The notes beneath the pieces are model-generated. The model was not told where the DNA came from, did not search any database, and saw only the letters and a program-made list of their open reading frames with translations. DNA of 64,000 bases. It comes from Bilabrum cf. latius. Taxonomy: Eukaryota. The position numbers and the translations under genes were made by a program. Shown piece after piece: positions 1-12,200 of the stretch. Numbering within the stretch: position 1 is the stretch's first letter; each line of letters begins with the position of its first letter. The stretch lies in contig OZ237751.1 of NCBI GenBank assembly GCA_965178125.1, forward strand, positions 62,001 to 126,000. Reading direction: 5' to 3'.

Positions 1-2
1 CT

Positions 3-2336
3 CCGGCTCCGAAAGGACCGGGCCTGACAGTGCTGCCTATGGATTAGCGCCTGGTCCCTTTCTTTGCAGCTTGGCTGCAAGATGAATACGATGGTGATAT
101 CGAGGCCCTAAATCGAGCGTGGCACGTTGACACCACGGAATCTCTGTCAAGGGCTTCGCGTGCAGCAGTAGAGATGCAAGCACATGGCCGACAGGCCATT
201 GACGTGGCCTCGATCGCCGGCGGGTACGGCCTTGCGAGCGCCGCCTCAGCCAGAGAATCCGACTAGCAGCCCAAGCAGACTGTGAGGAGCTCGCCGCTCC
301 GCAATTTCACCGATGCAGCCCTCAGTGTGGCTGTCCCCACCGGCGGTGCAGCGCCCGCCCCCGGACAGTGGGCCTTCGAGTACCTCGGGTCGAACTTCCA
401 CTTCTCCCCGTGGCAGCCGAGCGGATGGGACAGGGACTATCGTCGGTTCAGGGATGCCATGCGATTCCACGCGCAGCACAAGGCCGGTCTGGAGCTGGAC
501 ATGTGCAGGTACATGCGCGCGCACGAACCCCAGCAACCGGTGCGCGTGGGCGGCGAGACAATGCTGCTGCAGCCGCAGCCCCTCAACGGCTGGGACAGGG
601 CGCTCATGGCAGACGTGGCCCGCGAGTGCGGGGCCTACTACGACTCGCTGCACCTGCCGTGGCACTACGCGCTCACCAACACGGAGAGATCCGACGGGCA
701 GCACCATGGCTTCCACAGGTATGACCCCGACCAGAGCCTCTACTCCATGGCGCGGTACATTGCAGACGGGGGCAGGGACATGTGGCGGGGGGCCTTCGAG
801 AGCAGTGGGGGCCCTGCGCTGTACTCTGGCGCGCAGGACAGCGGCATCGACGGTGGCCAGATCTAGAGGATGTTCATGAACTATTTGAGCGCAGGCCTGC
901 GCGGGATCGGGGTGTGGTCTTGGAACGCGCGGTGGCAGGGGCAGGAGGCGGGTGGCTATGCACTCACCGATCTGCAGGGAAACGTGGGAGAGCGAGCAAT
1001 CGCGGCTGGGAACGTGTCTAAGGCGATCCAGCGGGAGAGGTTCTCTCTGTGGGAGGCAGAGGACGAGCCCGTTGTGGCGGTGGTGCACTCTTGGGAGGCA
1101 GAGGCAGCCAACTCGAGGATGGGGTAGGCGGGCGGGCCCGTGATCTCGTGCACGCTTGCAGGGTGCAGGGACAGGTGGGCGCAGGAGGCCTGGATGCACG
1201 TCAAGGCACGACTGGGCGTGGCGGCAGCTCTCACTGCCGCCGGTGTGCCCTGGCAGTGGGTCAGTGACGATGATGTAGGGCAGTGGGGTGCCGACGGGCT
1301 GCTGCAGCGCGGATTTAGGTCGGTGGTGCTGCCGGGGCTGGTGAGTGCCAACTCGACGAGCCTCCTCCCGGTGCTGCTGGGCTTCGTGGCCAAAGGCGGC
1401 ACGGTGGTTGCAGACGCGCCCCTCGGGATGCTAGAGGCCCCCGGCAGCGAGTTGGTGGACCATTTCCGGGCCTCGAGCGGTAGCAGCAAGGACCCTGCTT
1501 GGGCAGATCTGTTCGGGGCCGGCGTGTCAAACTGGCAGTCCTCATCCAACGGGTATGAGAGGATTGTCTCAGAGCTGCCCGGTCGGCTGGGGCGTCCCCA
1601 CCATGCTTCGGACTCGGGCGGTCTCTTGGTCCAGGGTACCACGGCGGATCTGCTGGTGGACGAATCTGCCCCCGGCGGTGGGGCCACGCTCGTCGTGGAG
1701 CCGGGGCATGGGCAGCCGAACGCTCGCCCCTGGGCCAGCGCCGCGGTGTGGGACAGGCCGCAAGGGGGAGGCCGCACCGTGCTGCTTGGCTTCGAGGCAG
1801 GGCGACTGGCCTTTGCCGAGCCTGCGCCTGCCTCGAGCGGGCTGTGGCCGGGCGAAGTCGAGGGCGGGCCCACGCATCCCGTGCCGCCCATGAGCGGACT
1901 GGGGCCATGGAGTCGATTCCTGGCGGAGTGCTCGACCCGCAACTACACTCTCTTGCCAGGAGCAGGGGCAGAGGCAGGGGCGATTGGCAGCACTCCTGCG
2001 CTGGGGGCCTGGCGAGTCACTGCTACAAGCGGTAACGGCGGCGGTGGCTAGTCTGCTGCAGGCGCGTTCGGGCCGGGCCAGCCGATGGTGCAGGTGCCTG
2101 GCCTCAAGGTTTTCCGCCGGAGCGCCCCCGGCCGGGGTGTGGACTACTTCTTCTTCCTCAACTCGAAGAGGGCAGATGTGGCGGCTGACCTGCTCGTGGG
2201 TGGAAACGTGTATCGGGGCGTGATTGATGCGCTCTCACACGATGTGGTGCACTGCTCTTTGGACGGACAGCTCAACAGGTGCTCGGTAAAAGTGCCGGCC
2301 CACGGTGCCAGGTGGCTCATTGGGCAGCTGATTTGA
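3..2336 (+). CDS. GH42-like beta-galactosidase / glycoside hydrolase, 5'-partial, 5 in-frame TAG
   Basis: One frame joins ORFs 282-866, 870-1127, 1140-2051 and 2085-2336 through TAGs at 45, 264, 864, 1125 and 2049, ending TGA 2334-2336. FAAWLQDEYDGDIEALNRAW resembles the GH42 F..WL..KY.....LN.AW motif; W.WNAR..G.EAG and a trimerisation-like segment (LLGFVAKGGTVVAD) follow. Confidence 0.75.
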
Positions 2337-2483
2337 AAGGTGCTGCCGTGCATCAAGTATTGGCCCTGCCGGTGTGCGTCGACAGACCTGATAGGGTCTA
2401 TGAAGCATAATAGTATTATGTCATTTTCTGAGCGCACATCTTCTACCTCCACATTGGGCTGTTGTGCAGTTGCAGTGACGCAC

Positions 2484-2510
2484 ATCTGAAATCTGAAATC
2501 TGAAATCTGA
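2484..2510 (-). repeat. (TTCAGAT)~4 tandem tail at the retrotransposon 3' end
   Basis: The + strand reads atctgaa-atctgaa-atctgaa-atctga. Confidence 0.85.
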
Positions 2511-2641
2511 TTTAGGGTCAAGCATAACCGAACAATGGGTGCTGCACAAGACAGCATAACCATGACGGTGGACTTTCGTCCGCAACCATACAGATGAAAG
2601 ATTCACCACTTCCATCTGCAGGTCCCATCCACTCCGTCTTC

Positions 2642-5600
2642 TCACCATCCATACAGACTTGCTCGTGGCGCCATCCGCCTTACCAATTTCGTCTGCAGTG
2701 CCTCGTTGACGTCATTCTACCTGTTCCAAAGCTTCCTTTCTCCGTCCCTCAACCTAACGGTTCCTCGGATCGCTCTTAGCCCAGTCCTGCACCATATCTC
2801 CTCCATCTACTTTCGCACGCCTCTCATCTTCCGCTCATCCGGTCGTCCTCTAGGTCTCCCCCAATTCGTCCATCTCTCTAGCCCAGTTACAAGAGTTGGC
2901 CATGCTGACAAGGATGTTCCTCGCCATCTCAGCATCCGACACCGCGTCGGGTACCTACTCCATGCGTTCTCCATTGCGTCCAGGAATCCACTCAGTTCCT
3001 TCCTTTGCACTTCCTCCTTGATCCTGTGCACTACCTACCTCACCCTTGGAATTGCTGCTCCCTTGGATGACTCAATCGGCTCCGACTCCCAGGGTTTCTC
3101 TGTCCATGGGGATCGTCCATCCACCTCCTTCACCAGCAACTTCGTCGTCTGCTCCGTCGTGCCCTGGCCCGATTGCCATCGCTGAACCAACCTCCTCACC
3201 TGACGCTGACCTTCTGGTGTAAGCACCGTCGGCCGTGGCAATATCATGCACCGAGCCTTAAGTGCCAATCTCCCAAGGTTCCCCCGGTTCTGTACCCCCG
3301 CGAGCTTTGGGATAGCCCCTGGTCCGAACACTCCCAACTAGGACCCGTCCATCCACTCTCGTACCATAGCATAGGCAACTGCATCGTGTTTCTGCGCCCT
3401 GGGGATCGCCCTATTCCCTCGTAGTGTAGCGTACATGAGGTCCATGTACAGCTTCTTCGTACCCGAGTGACCCGACAGAGCCTTTTGTGCGATCCTAGTC
3501 ATTTCAGCCTTCGCCAGTTGCCGTATAGCGTCCTTGCGGACCACTTCCGCCGTTGCTCCTCTAGCAAGAACCTCCTCGTCCCTGACCGTCCATCGTCTCA
3601 GACACTCCCCCGCTGCATCGAGGGGTCCAGTCCCAGCCCCGCCATCTCGAACTTTGTTGAATACTGCTCTCTTGAAAGTGGCCCAGGGTGACGTGTTCCT
3701 AACCGGTTCTCGTACCACCCATACCGCCCGAAGCAGTTGCAGGTGAACCCTTGATGCGGCGTCCGCCGGTAGTACCTCAATGTCACATACCGACGTGCCT
3801 GGTTTCCTAGGTCCGATCACTTTCGGGTAGGCTTCCATCTTCCCAAACACTAGCGCTGACCTGACCTCCTGTAACAATCTATCCATTGTTTCGAGTGCCT
3901 CAGCGTTCATGGTTATCCCGTCTCTCTCGATGGTCCTCTACCCCAAGACCTCCTCCCACCCGGTCACTGGCACTGCAGCCTCTGATCCATACAGCATCCC
4001 CATCACCGTCGTCTGATAGAGTAGCTGTGCATGAAGCTTAATTCCCCAGTTGCACTCCACAGCTGCCCTGGTGACAAGTTGACCATTCATTCGGGCCATG
4101 CTGACCCTACAGTGCACGTGTGGCATCATGTCCACCGCATGATACTTCTCCTTCGGTGAGCTCCCCTATATCACCCTCACTGATATTCGCAACCCGAGGT
4201 ACTTGTACGCCCGTACGACTGGAACATCTCTGCTCTCTGCAGCTCCCGCCTGTTGCAACTCTACCGCATCCACCGAATGCCCCTTGCGTTCAAATTCTTC
4301 TGCCGCTCGCCCGAACGGCATAAACGCTGTCTTCTCCCCGATTCCGTTCACTCCTGTTTTTTTGATCCCTAGAGTCAACCCAGCCGCCCGCGCCAACTTC
4401 GACATTTTCGCGTACGCCCTCAAGGCTAATCTCCTGTTGCGGACCAGTATCACGTAGTCGTCTGCGTATGCTGCGTGCATAACGTAAATGGACTTATTCC
4501 GGTACCTGAGTCTGACTGGGGCTGCCCCTTCAGCCAGGAGTTCGCGCCTCATGGTCTCCAAAATGGGTGCTATGTACACCAAAAACAGGGTGGGTGATAA
4601 GATTTCCCCCTGAGGTGCCCCGCCTTCTTTCACCACCGGGTTTGACAGTTCCCCTGTTCCAGGGTCACGTACTCTGACTCGCTGTCGTACCCTGTTCATC
4701 AAGTACCGGATCGATTGAGTTCCCCATCCCTGTTCCATCATCGTTTTCTCCAATATCTCCCACGAGCATGAGTCATACGCTTGTTTGAAATCGAAGAAAC
4801 ACATGACTCCCCCAGCTCTGCCCTACTTGCTGATGCCTTGCATCATCGTCATGAAGGCTTGCTGGCAGTTACGTTCCCGTCGGAATCCCATCTGGTCTCT
4901 CCCAAAGAGACCGTGTCGTTCGCAGTACCGCCTGATCTTGGTGTCCAGCATCGTACTGATCACCTTGCTGATCGTGGAGGTCCAACAGACCGGCCTAAAT
5001 CCCGACACCTCCATTGATCGCCGACCAGCCCCTGCCTTGTCCAGCGGCCGCATCATCGCCTCCTCTAGCTACGCCGGTTGGCATCCAGTGCACAGTATTG
5101 CATTCGATAGAGATCGTAAAACCTCGAGCAGACTGCCTTTGATGTCTGCGTGCGGATCGGCTGCACCCTCTCGCCGGATGAGCAACATGTCTTTCAGTTG
5201 ATTCGAAGTGACCCCATCCAGACCCGTGGCTTTGTTGCGTCGTAAAGCTTTAATGGCATCTTCGACCTCCAGGTTGCCGTGACAGTACAGGTTCAGAACC
5301 CTGTTCGCTGTCGGCATATTCGGCCTAACTCTGTCGAAGTAGATATCAGTTGCTGTCCTACGCTTCTTTGCCATCTCCCTAAGCCCTTCTGCGTGTCGAT
5401 TGACGATCTCCGCTGTCGTTGATGTCATCGATCCGTTCGCCATCAGGATTGGCAGTAAGCCTTTTTCTCGCGTCGTTGTCACCCCCTCCCTGTTCCTCGC
5501 CGCCTGCTTGATCCTGTCCGTGATGACTCGCCATCTTGCCGCGGATGTCGTGGATTGAGCGTCAGTCCACAGTCGATCTCCATCGAGCCTCATGCCCTGC

Positions 5601-6157
5601 TCTGTCACTGCCATCCTGGTCTGCTACTGCAGCTCCGCTAGCTCGAGCAGTTGTTTGCAATGCGCAGGACGTTTTAACCAGTTCGGGTCGGCCAGTTTGT
5701 CCTCCCACTCGTGGCTGGTTATCCTGGTGCGCGCCAATGCAACTTGCCTGATCAGCGTTCTAGAAATGCGCCGAAAGCATGCCACCAGTTTTCCCAACCG
5801 TCGGGCCCCTCTTTCCCGATTCTCTGAGTGTTGTGCTCCAGATCTAGCCTCTTGGGTGACTCCCACTAGTATCTCGTCCCACTGTCTCCACAATCCGTGT
5901 TCAGGCCGCTTCTGCCTGCGCTGTCTTAGCCTCGGTTTGGGTAGCGATCCGGTACTAATGTCATCCGCTTCCCTGAGAATGTCCACCAGCCTTGCCAGTA
6001 CCTTTGAAAGGTCCACAGTCGCTCTTTGCCTCAGACTCTGGGGGAGCCCCCCTCTGGTACCTGATGTACCAGGCTCGAATTTCCTGCCCGTTCGTTCCCA
6101 GCTCTGCAGGAGTGCAGCCGCGGTGTCCAACTCGACTTGGTGATGTTCCTGTATCCA
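2642..6157 (-). CDS. Non-LTR reverse transcriptase ORF (~1170 codons, 9 in-frame TAG)
   Basis: Same-frame ORFs 5624-6130, 5069-5614, 4823-5056, 4166-4804, 3938-4135, 3338-3910, 3035-3337 and 2807-3031 are separated only by TAG; the frame ends TGA at 2642-2644. Motifs: NKATGLDGV, FRPVCWTSTISKV, QMGFRRER, FFDFKQAYDS, GAPQGEILSPTLF, AYADD, IKKT, YKYLG, MLYGSE. The frame opens after a TGA at 6158-6160 with no early ATG. Confidence 0.9.
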
Positions 6158-6279
6158 TCACATTGTGATCATCGCGAACGAACAGAAAGTGCATGTCATT
6201 GTAGTGCAGCAGCAGCAGATCGATCCTGAAGCAAAAACTTCACTGTGTTCGTGCTCGTTACCTGCATGCCTGTCTCAGT

Positions 6280-9200
6280 ATGATTGGAGCTGCATGGATT
6301 TGTTTATGTTTACTATCGCTGACTCCAGCTGTGAGCTTTCATTTCATCTTGCCATAGTATCAAATAGCCTTCATTTCACCTTGCAACACGAAGTGATCGA
6401 CAGATAGTCTTTTTCATATTCTGCAGGTGGTCAACTTCCTAGTATGGGCGACTTTGAATTTAATCACACTTTGGGCGTCGCACTATACAAGCGGTGCAGT
6501 TCGTTGTAGTTTCTCGGGATGCAGACTCCAACATGAACTCGTGCAGGACGTTTTGCGGGTGTGCTTCGGATTGAAGGCATCTGAAGCCCCGAGTCCAGGG
6601 CTTGCGCTATTTGTTGAGCGCAGTCGTATCTTCATTGATGCTGACAGGCTACCGAGTCGAACACGACCAACGCAATTGGAAATCCCTGGGGTTCGAACGG
6701 TTCGAGTAGTGGTTCAGGTTTTGCAGTCCATTCTGGCGGTACTTGGCGGTGCACGCGTCGTCTTTAAACAGATTGATGTCGAAGTTTGCCATGCCATTCG
6801 AGTCGGTCCGGATCAGACATCCCAGGATCTGCTTGTTTCTGTTCAAGAGGCGCACCTCCAAGCCACCGCAGTGCTGTCTCCGTCTGGAGACAACTCACGA
6901 ACCGATGGCAAAGCCTCTATGGACGGGCTACAGGCAAACTTGTCCATACGCAATATTAAAGCAACACTGCGTGGTGTGCACCCGCTGGCTGACAGGACGG
7001 CTCAAACCACCGGCCCTGTGGCGTGGGCAGTTCTACGCACCAAGTCGGCAGGCTTGGAAGCGCGCGCGTCGTGGCCTGCGGCTGAAAGTGTGGGGAGCAT
7101 GGAAGCCAATCTGGGCACCTCAGCGACATTGTCCCACCTCGCTGGGCCGCCAGGTGCCCCTCTGCCGCTGCCGGATCGCGTGAGCCTTGCACTCGACCTT
7201 GCTGACGTCTGCGCCCGGGTTGAAGAATGTGATATTGGGAGCCGGACTAGTCCAGCAGGAGGCGCTGGCCTGCACGCCAGCTTTGGCCGCGTATCGGCCA
7301 GGCTGACCACCAGCCGAGTAGCCCGAGGGCACCAGGACACCTCTCGCAACGAGCTCCAGTGGACCTGGGATGCGAGAGTTGCATTCTTTGGCTCTTTGAT
7401 CCGTAACGACACCACCAGGAGCAGCAGGCAAGGTGGGAGTAGCCTGTAGGACGGATTGCGCGTGTCTTATTTTGGTGCCTCGTGTGCTCCGCGGGGAGCC
7501 AGTCGGCTTGGCCTGGCTGCCGAGCGCCCCCTGGGCCTTTGCATGCTGGCGAAAATTGCTGGCGTGCAATCCAGCCGAAGAGCAATAGATCCAATCGTGA
7601 TGTTTTGCCAAGCAATTATTGGATCCTTGTTCAGCCTTGGGCCGGGCCTCCAGCCTAACTAGCCCCCACAGCAGGCCTCGCTACGTGGACCTCTAGATCC
7701 TATACTGCCAATCGAGATAACCATCGGCGGTTTCGTTCAGAGGGTCATGGCAGCTGGTGCGCTTCACCAGGTACTGGGTTTCACCCCAGCATGTGAGAAT
7801 CATATTTCGATCGCGGCAGACTCTTTGAGTCTCGGCTGGCATGGGGCGGTGGGCAGCGAGCTGAGGGACTGCCTGATCCGACTGCCTCACTTGGACATTA
7901 GCGGAGTTGTCACTAAACAATCGAACGCTACAAGAACAAACTCTGGGTCGATGCATCCGCCTTGTATGCTTGGCCTGGAACTGTCAGTTCTGGTACACCA
8001 GCTGCGCATTGACACGCGATCGGAGGATTGTCCGGGCTTGTTAAGGCCAAGTCTCCTCCTCTACGGGATCCGCATTAAGCAAAGCATATGTTTGGAGCTC
8101 GATGGCGCATCCAGGCTGTTTGCTTCGCTCCAACCGGCGTGGAGACCTGCGGCACACTGTGCCAGCACCATGCTCTGCATAGACGGGATGGACGCTAGAC
8201 CCTCTCCAGAGCTGCTCCAGCTGGTCGGAATGTGCATATACGATTACATCCAGGTTATCTTTGGTCCCAACCGTGGAACAAATGTATCAAGCCGCAGCAG
8301 TCAAGCAGGTACGGCAGCATGCATTGGGACAGTGCGTGACTAGCTGTACGCAAACCCCGTCACGCTGTATCCCCCGAGCCCTGCAATGAGCACAGACTTG
8401 CTACCTGCAGAGAGCGGTGGCTTTGTTGGGAAACTGCTGAGCTCTACCATTGAGGTCCCTCCTGTCTTTAGCGGCCGCCGTGATGCTGTCGTGGCTGCGC
8501 GGTTGCTTGCTCTCGAGGACTGGTCCTGCAGCTCGGCGCGATCTACCATGAACATGTGCGGCGGGCATGCGGTGTGCTCCTAGGCCGACAGGGCGCCTAC
8601 CATTCGCTTCATCATTCGCGATTGCAGAGTTAGTGCTGCCTCCTGCCTGTCAGACACGCTTAGGAGGCCCATTTACACTCGCGAGATCGAGAGAGACCCA
8701 GCCTTTGACCAGCTGCACGTGTGGAGGGCGCGACTCAGAGCACCACAGCCCGACTAGGCTGAGGTCCGAGCCCACCACAGGGCAGCGATCAGACAAGTGT
8801 ATCTTGATCTAGCATTCAATTAGCAATCAAGCCATTGGTACGGGCACGGCGGTGACGCGGGGTACTTTCGGGCACCTGAACCCTCCTTCGCTCTATCGAT
8901 CCAGCACGCAACGCTTCGGGCCTGCTGTACAGGCGTACGCACTACCATGCGGTCGATCAATTCTCGCGCGATTTCGCCGGATAGACTTGGCTCAGCACAG
9001 CATTTTATAGCAAGAACTGCTGATGTCCAGCCACTCGTCAGCCCCACCCCGTACCTCAGCGTCAGAAAGGTAGACGTTTGCGAGGAGAACGCCGTGCCGA
9101 TCTCGACCCGACGGGCTCAGCATGGCGGCCAAGGCGGCCAGCGGCTTGTTATGGTAAGCACATTGGACGCGCAGTGCACCTGCACCTCTGCTGAGATGGT

Positions 9201-12200
9201 AGACTCGCTGCTCCTCGCTCTCAGGCAGGCTGCAATCAGTCAGGACATCGCTTCGGCCGTCCGTCTCGCGTACACCCACCTGCCTGCGTACAGCACAGCC
9301 GGAGGCGACCGCATCCAGCAGGCAGGATGGAGGCTAGTGGATGCCATAGATGGATGCAGGTACTCTATCGGTCCGGATGACCACGATCGTGCCATCGTTC
9401 TGCAGGTGAGGAACACGCGGCTCACCGTGCATGACGGGTCCGCTCGCAGCACCAGCGCCAAGCTGCGACGAAGGTCAAATTTTCCAGTTGGCGTTGCTGT
9501 GGATGTCTCCATTCGCGATTTTTTTACGCACTCGCTACCGGCAATCATGTAGATCTCTGGGGTGAAGGCCAAGCTGGCAACAGCTGCTGCCCTTTGCGAT
9601 GTTGCTGTGCCTCGCCTGAAGATCGTGCATGCTGCCATCGATAGAGCCAAGCAGCGCCCCATTGCACAGGGCTCCATGCAAGACATATTGCGAACTGAGC
9701 TTGGCAGCGCCATCAACACGGTACCGTCGCTTGCTCACTCTAAGCTGACGGTGCTACGCGGCACAGCAGCCACTGCGCCTCCCACTCTCAGCCTCAGAAT
9801 CTATAGGCCCAGAATCCATGTCCGCCTGGACGGATCGCACTACTTGTAGCGAAGATGCTTCCTGCGATTGGTGAGCACCTGTCAGGAGATTCTAAATCCA
9901 TTTCTTGATGCAGTGGCAATGACCGCAACAGCCGAGGTGCCACCCCATCAACTCGAACCTCCTGCAGCAGCAAGCAGCACTTCGCCGCTAGGTGCTGCCA
10001 ACCTACTGATTGGGCATGGCAGCTCCATTCGTGGGCCAAAGTCTCAGCTGTTTGGGATATAGAGCGGAAGCATGTCCAGGGGTGGTGGAGAGCCTATCCT
10101 GCAATGGAAGTACGGAGTATGCCAGTCGGCTTCCCTGGTGAGGTGCTCGGTCTACGAGGCGTCTGCCCAGGTGTTCGAGGGGACATTAGAATAGCGACTG
10201 CCGGCGATTTCAGCGGCAGCATAGCAATCTCAGCGTCGAATGGTTGCTGTACAACGCCTGGTGGATTCGGTGCATGCCGCAAGAGACGCTCCTGACAGTC
10301 GGCAAGTCAATGTTTTTGCCAGTGCTAAGGACAGAACCAAGTTGGCCGAGCAGGCTGCACTGCAAGAAGTAGCTTCGGCGTCATTCATTGAAGAGTTCAA
10401 TGACATCACTGGAAAGATGATCTCAGGTAGCGGTACGTTAGGTCATCCTGCGTTCGAGGTGCGCCTGTCTACTTTGGACCTTGGCGTGAAAACAGCGGCC
10501 ACTGCTTAGGAAGTGGGCTCTCCGGCACGCAATACCACGCTGGTTCGTGCAGATATGTCTGGATTAGTCGTGCGGGCAGGCGCTGCGCTGGAGCCGCTCA
10601 CATGCGTTGATTCGGTGAGGTGTAGGTCGAAGCAATCGCTCGAAACGGCTATAGTCTCCGTTAGTATTGTTAGGCCAGAGATGAAGGCATCTGCAGCACA
10701 GCTTGTTGGTATCGCTGCAATGGTCAAGAGGCTTCGGAAGACCTTCGAGGTGCCCATGAAAGGACTGCTTGGGGCTATGCCAGCCATGGAGCCCAGGGAG
10801 TTACTGAAGTCCTTGCCGGTGATTGAACTGCGAACAGTGGTTCATTGGCTCACAGTGACCTGGAGAACCGCCTAGCACACAAGCTCAACGCTGCACTAGC
10901 ACCGGCGGACCGCCTCAGTAGGGCCTGCCGACGGTGTTTCTCAGCGTGCTGAGTTGATCGACCTTGGTACAAGAGGGCAGCCTGCATGGCCGTCCACGCG
11001 AGAAGGCATGCAGCTGGACATCCGACGCATTGGATCATACGGGCGGGTCACAAAGGGCGACGATGAGTTGCGCTACACTCCCGACGACCGCGTTAGTGCG
11101 CAGGGTCACGTGGTGGTCGCTGATGTGCTCGTGTCGGCTATGACAAGGGCGCAGAGCAGGTCAGTAATCATGTGCGTGCCACGGATGGGCTTGGATACAG
11201 CAGAACTGGGAAGAATATCCCACGGGGGCAGCATGGGCTGGTTCGTGGACAGCAGAGTCGTGGTCAGCGACTCTGAGGGGTATACCAAGTGGTCCACGCG
11301 CCCGGACCGGTTGCCAACCCTGGCAGTAGTAGCAAGACTAGAAGCTGACGCATCACAAGTTTGCAATGAAACCGAGGCGTAGCTAGGCGACGGCGGGGCA
11401 TCAGCTGACGATGACTTACTGGCCCCTTCGCCATGGGGTGGCTCTCGGGTTGCTCTGCACGGCCCGATGCTCACCCTGTCCGCAGACTATGTCGGTCTTG
11501 CGTGGCGACTTACTCGGAGCGTTCTACAAGTGCTTCGTCCCTTTGGGCTGCAGAGTGTCACCAACCATAAGTATAGACCGAACGAGGCTCGCAAGAAGCG
11601 GGGAGGCCGGTGGTTTCGATCGCGGTCGAGAAGCTAGTCAAGGCGTCCCTTCCAGGCTCGGCAGCAGATTGTGCCAAGGAGGCGACCCAAGCACGTTTTG
11701 CTGGGCCTCCGGCTGTCTGGTGCAGAAGTGTCTTCCTTCGACGTGCGCTTATGGCGCAGCTTGGTAGCTCCTACGTGTGCCGCCCCCACTTCCAGACGGG
11801 CCAAGCAGGCAGACGGCGTGTAGAAATCGAGCCGTGGCACAGCTCTAAGGTCGCCGCCTGTCGGCGTACGGGTGGTCTTGCGGAATGCTACTGCCTCTTT
11901 ATCTCTCTCAAAAGTCCTTCTCAAGCACGAAATTCTCCCTCTGCTAGTGGACCACGGTCTCTTGCTTTTGTCTTCCGTCGACCTGGCAGCCAAAAACCTT
12001 GGACAGGCTTGGGTCGCCCACGATGCCGTCTTCAAGGCAGGGGAGGTCGAGCTCAGGTTCATCGCGGTGCCTTGGTCTCCTCATGATCCGGACAGCACGG
12101 ATTTGGAGCGACTGCGGGTCAATGCAGCCCGGTGGGATGGAAGGCCTGTTTTAAGGTTAACAGGAAGTCTAATATCGTCCCGCAGCTGCCAGCACACTCC

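Larger units (their letters stand above)
2484..6175 (-). mobile_element. Non-LTR (LINE-like) retrotransposon, probably 5'-truncated
   Basis: RT ORF 2642-6157, a ~130 bp 3' UTR and a terminal (TTCAGAT)n tail at 2484-2510. The 5' boundary is approximate and no TSD was found. Confidence 0.75.

Noticed and set aside
2511-2517. TTTAGGG telomere-like heptamer beside the retroelement tail
   Set aside because: A single copy is expected by chance.
2460-6230. Target-site duplication flanking the retrotransposon
   Set aside because: No convincing direct repeat was found by eye at the two ends.
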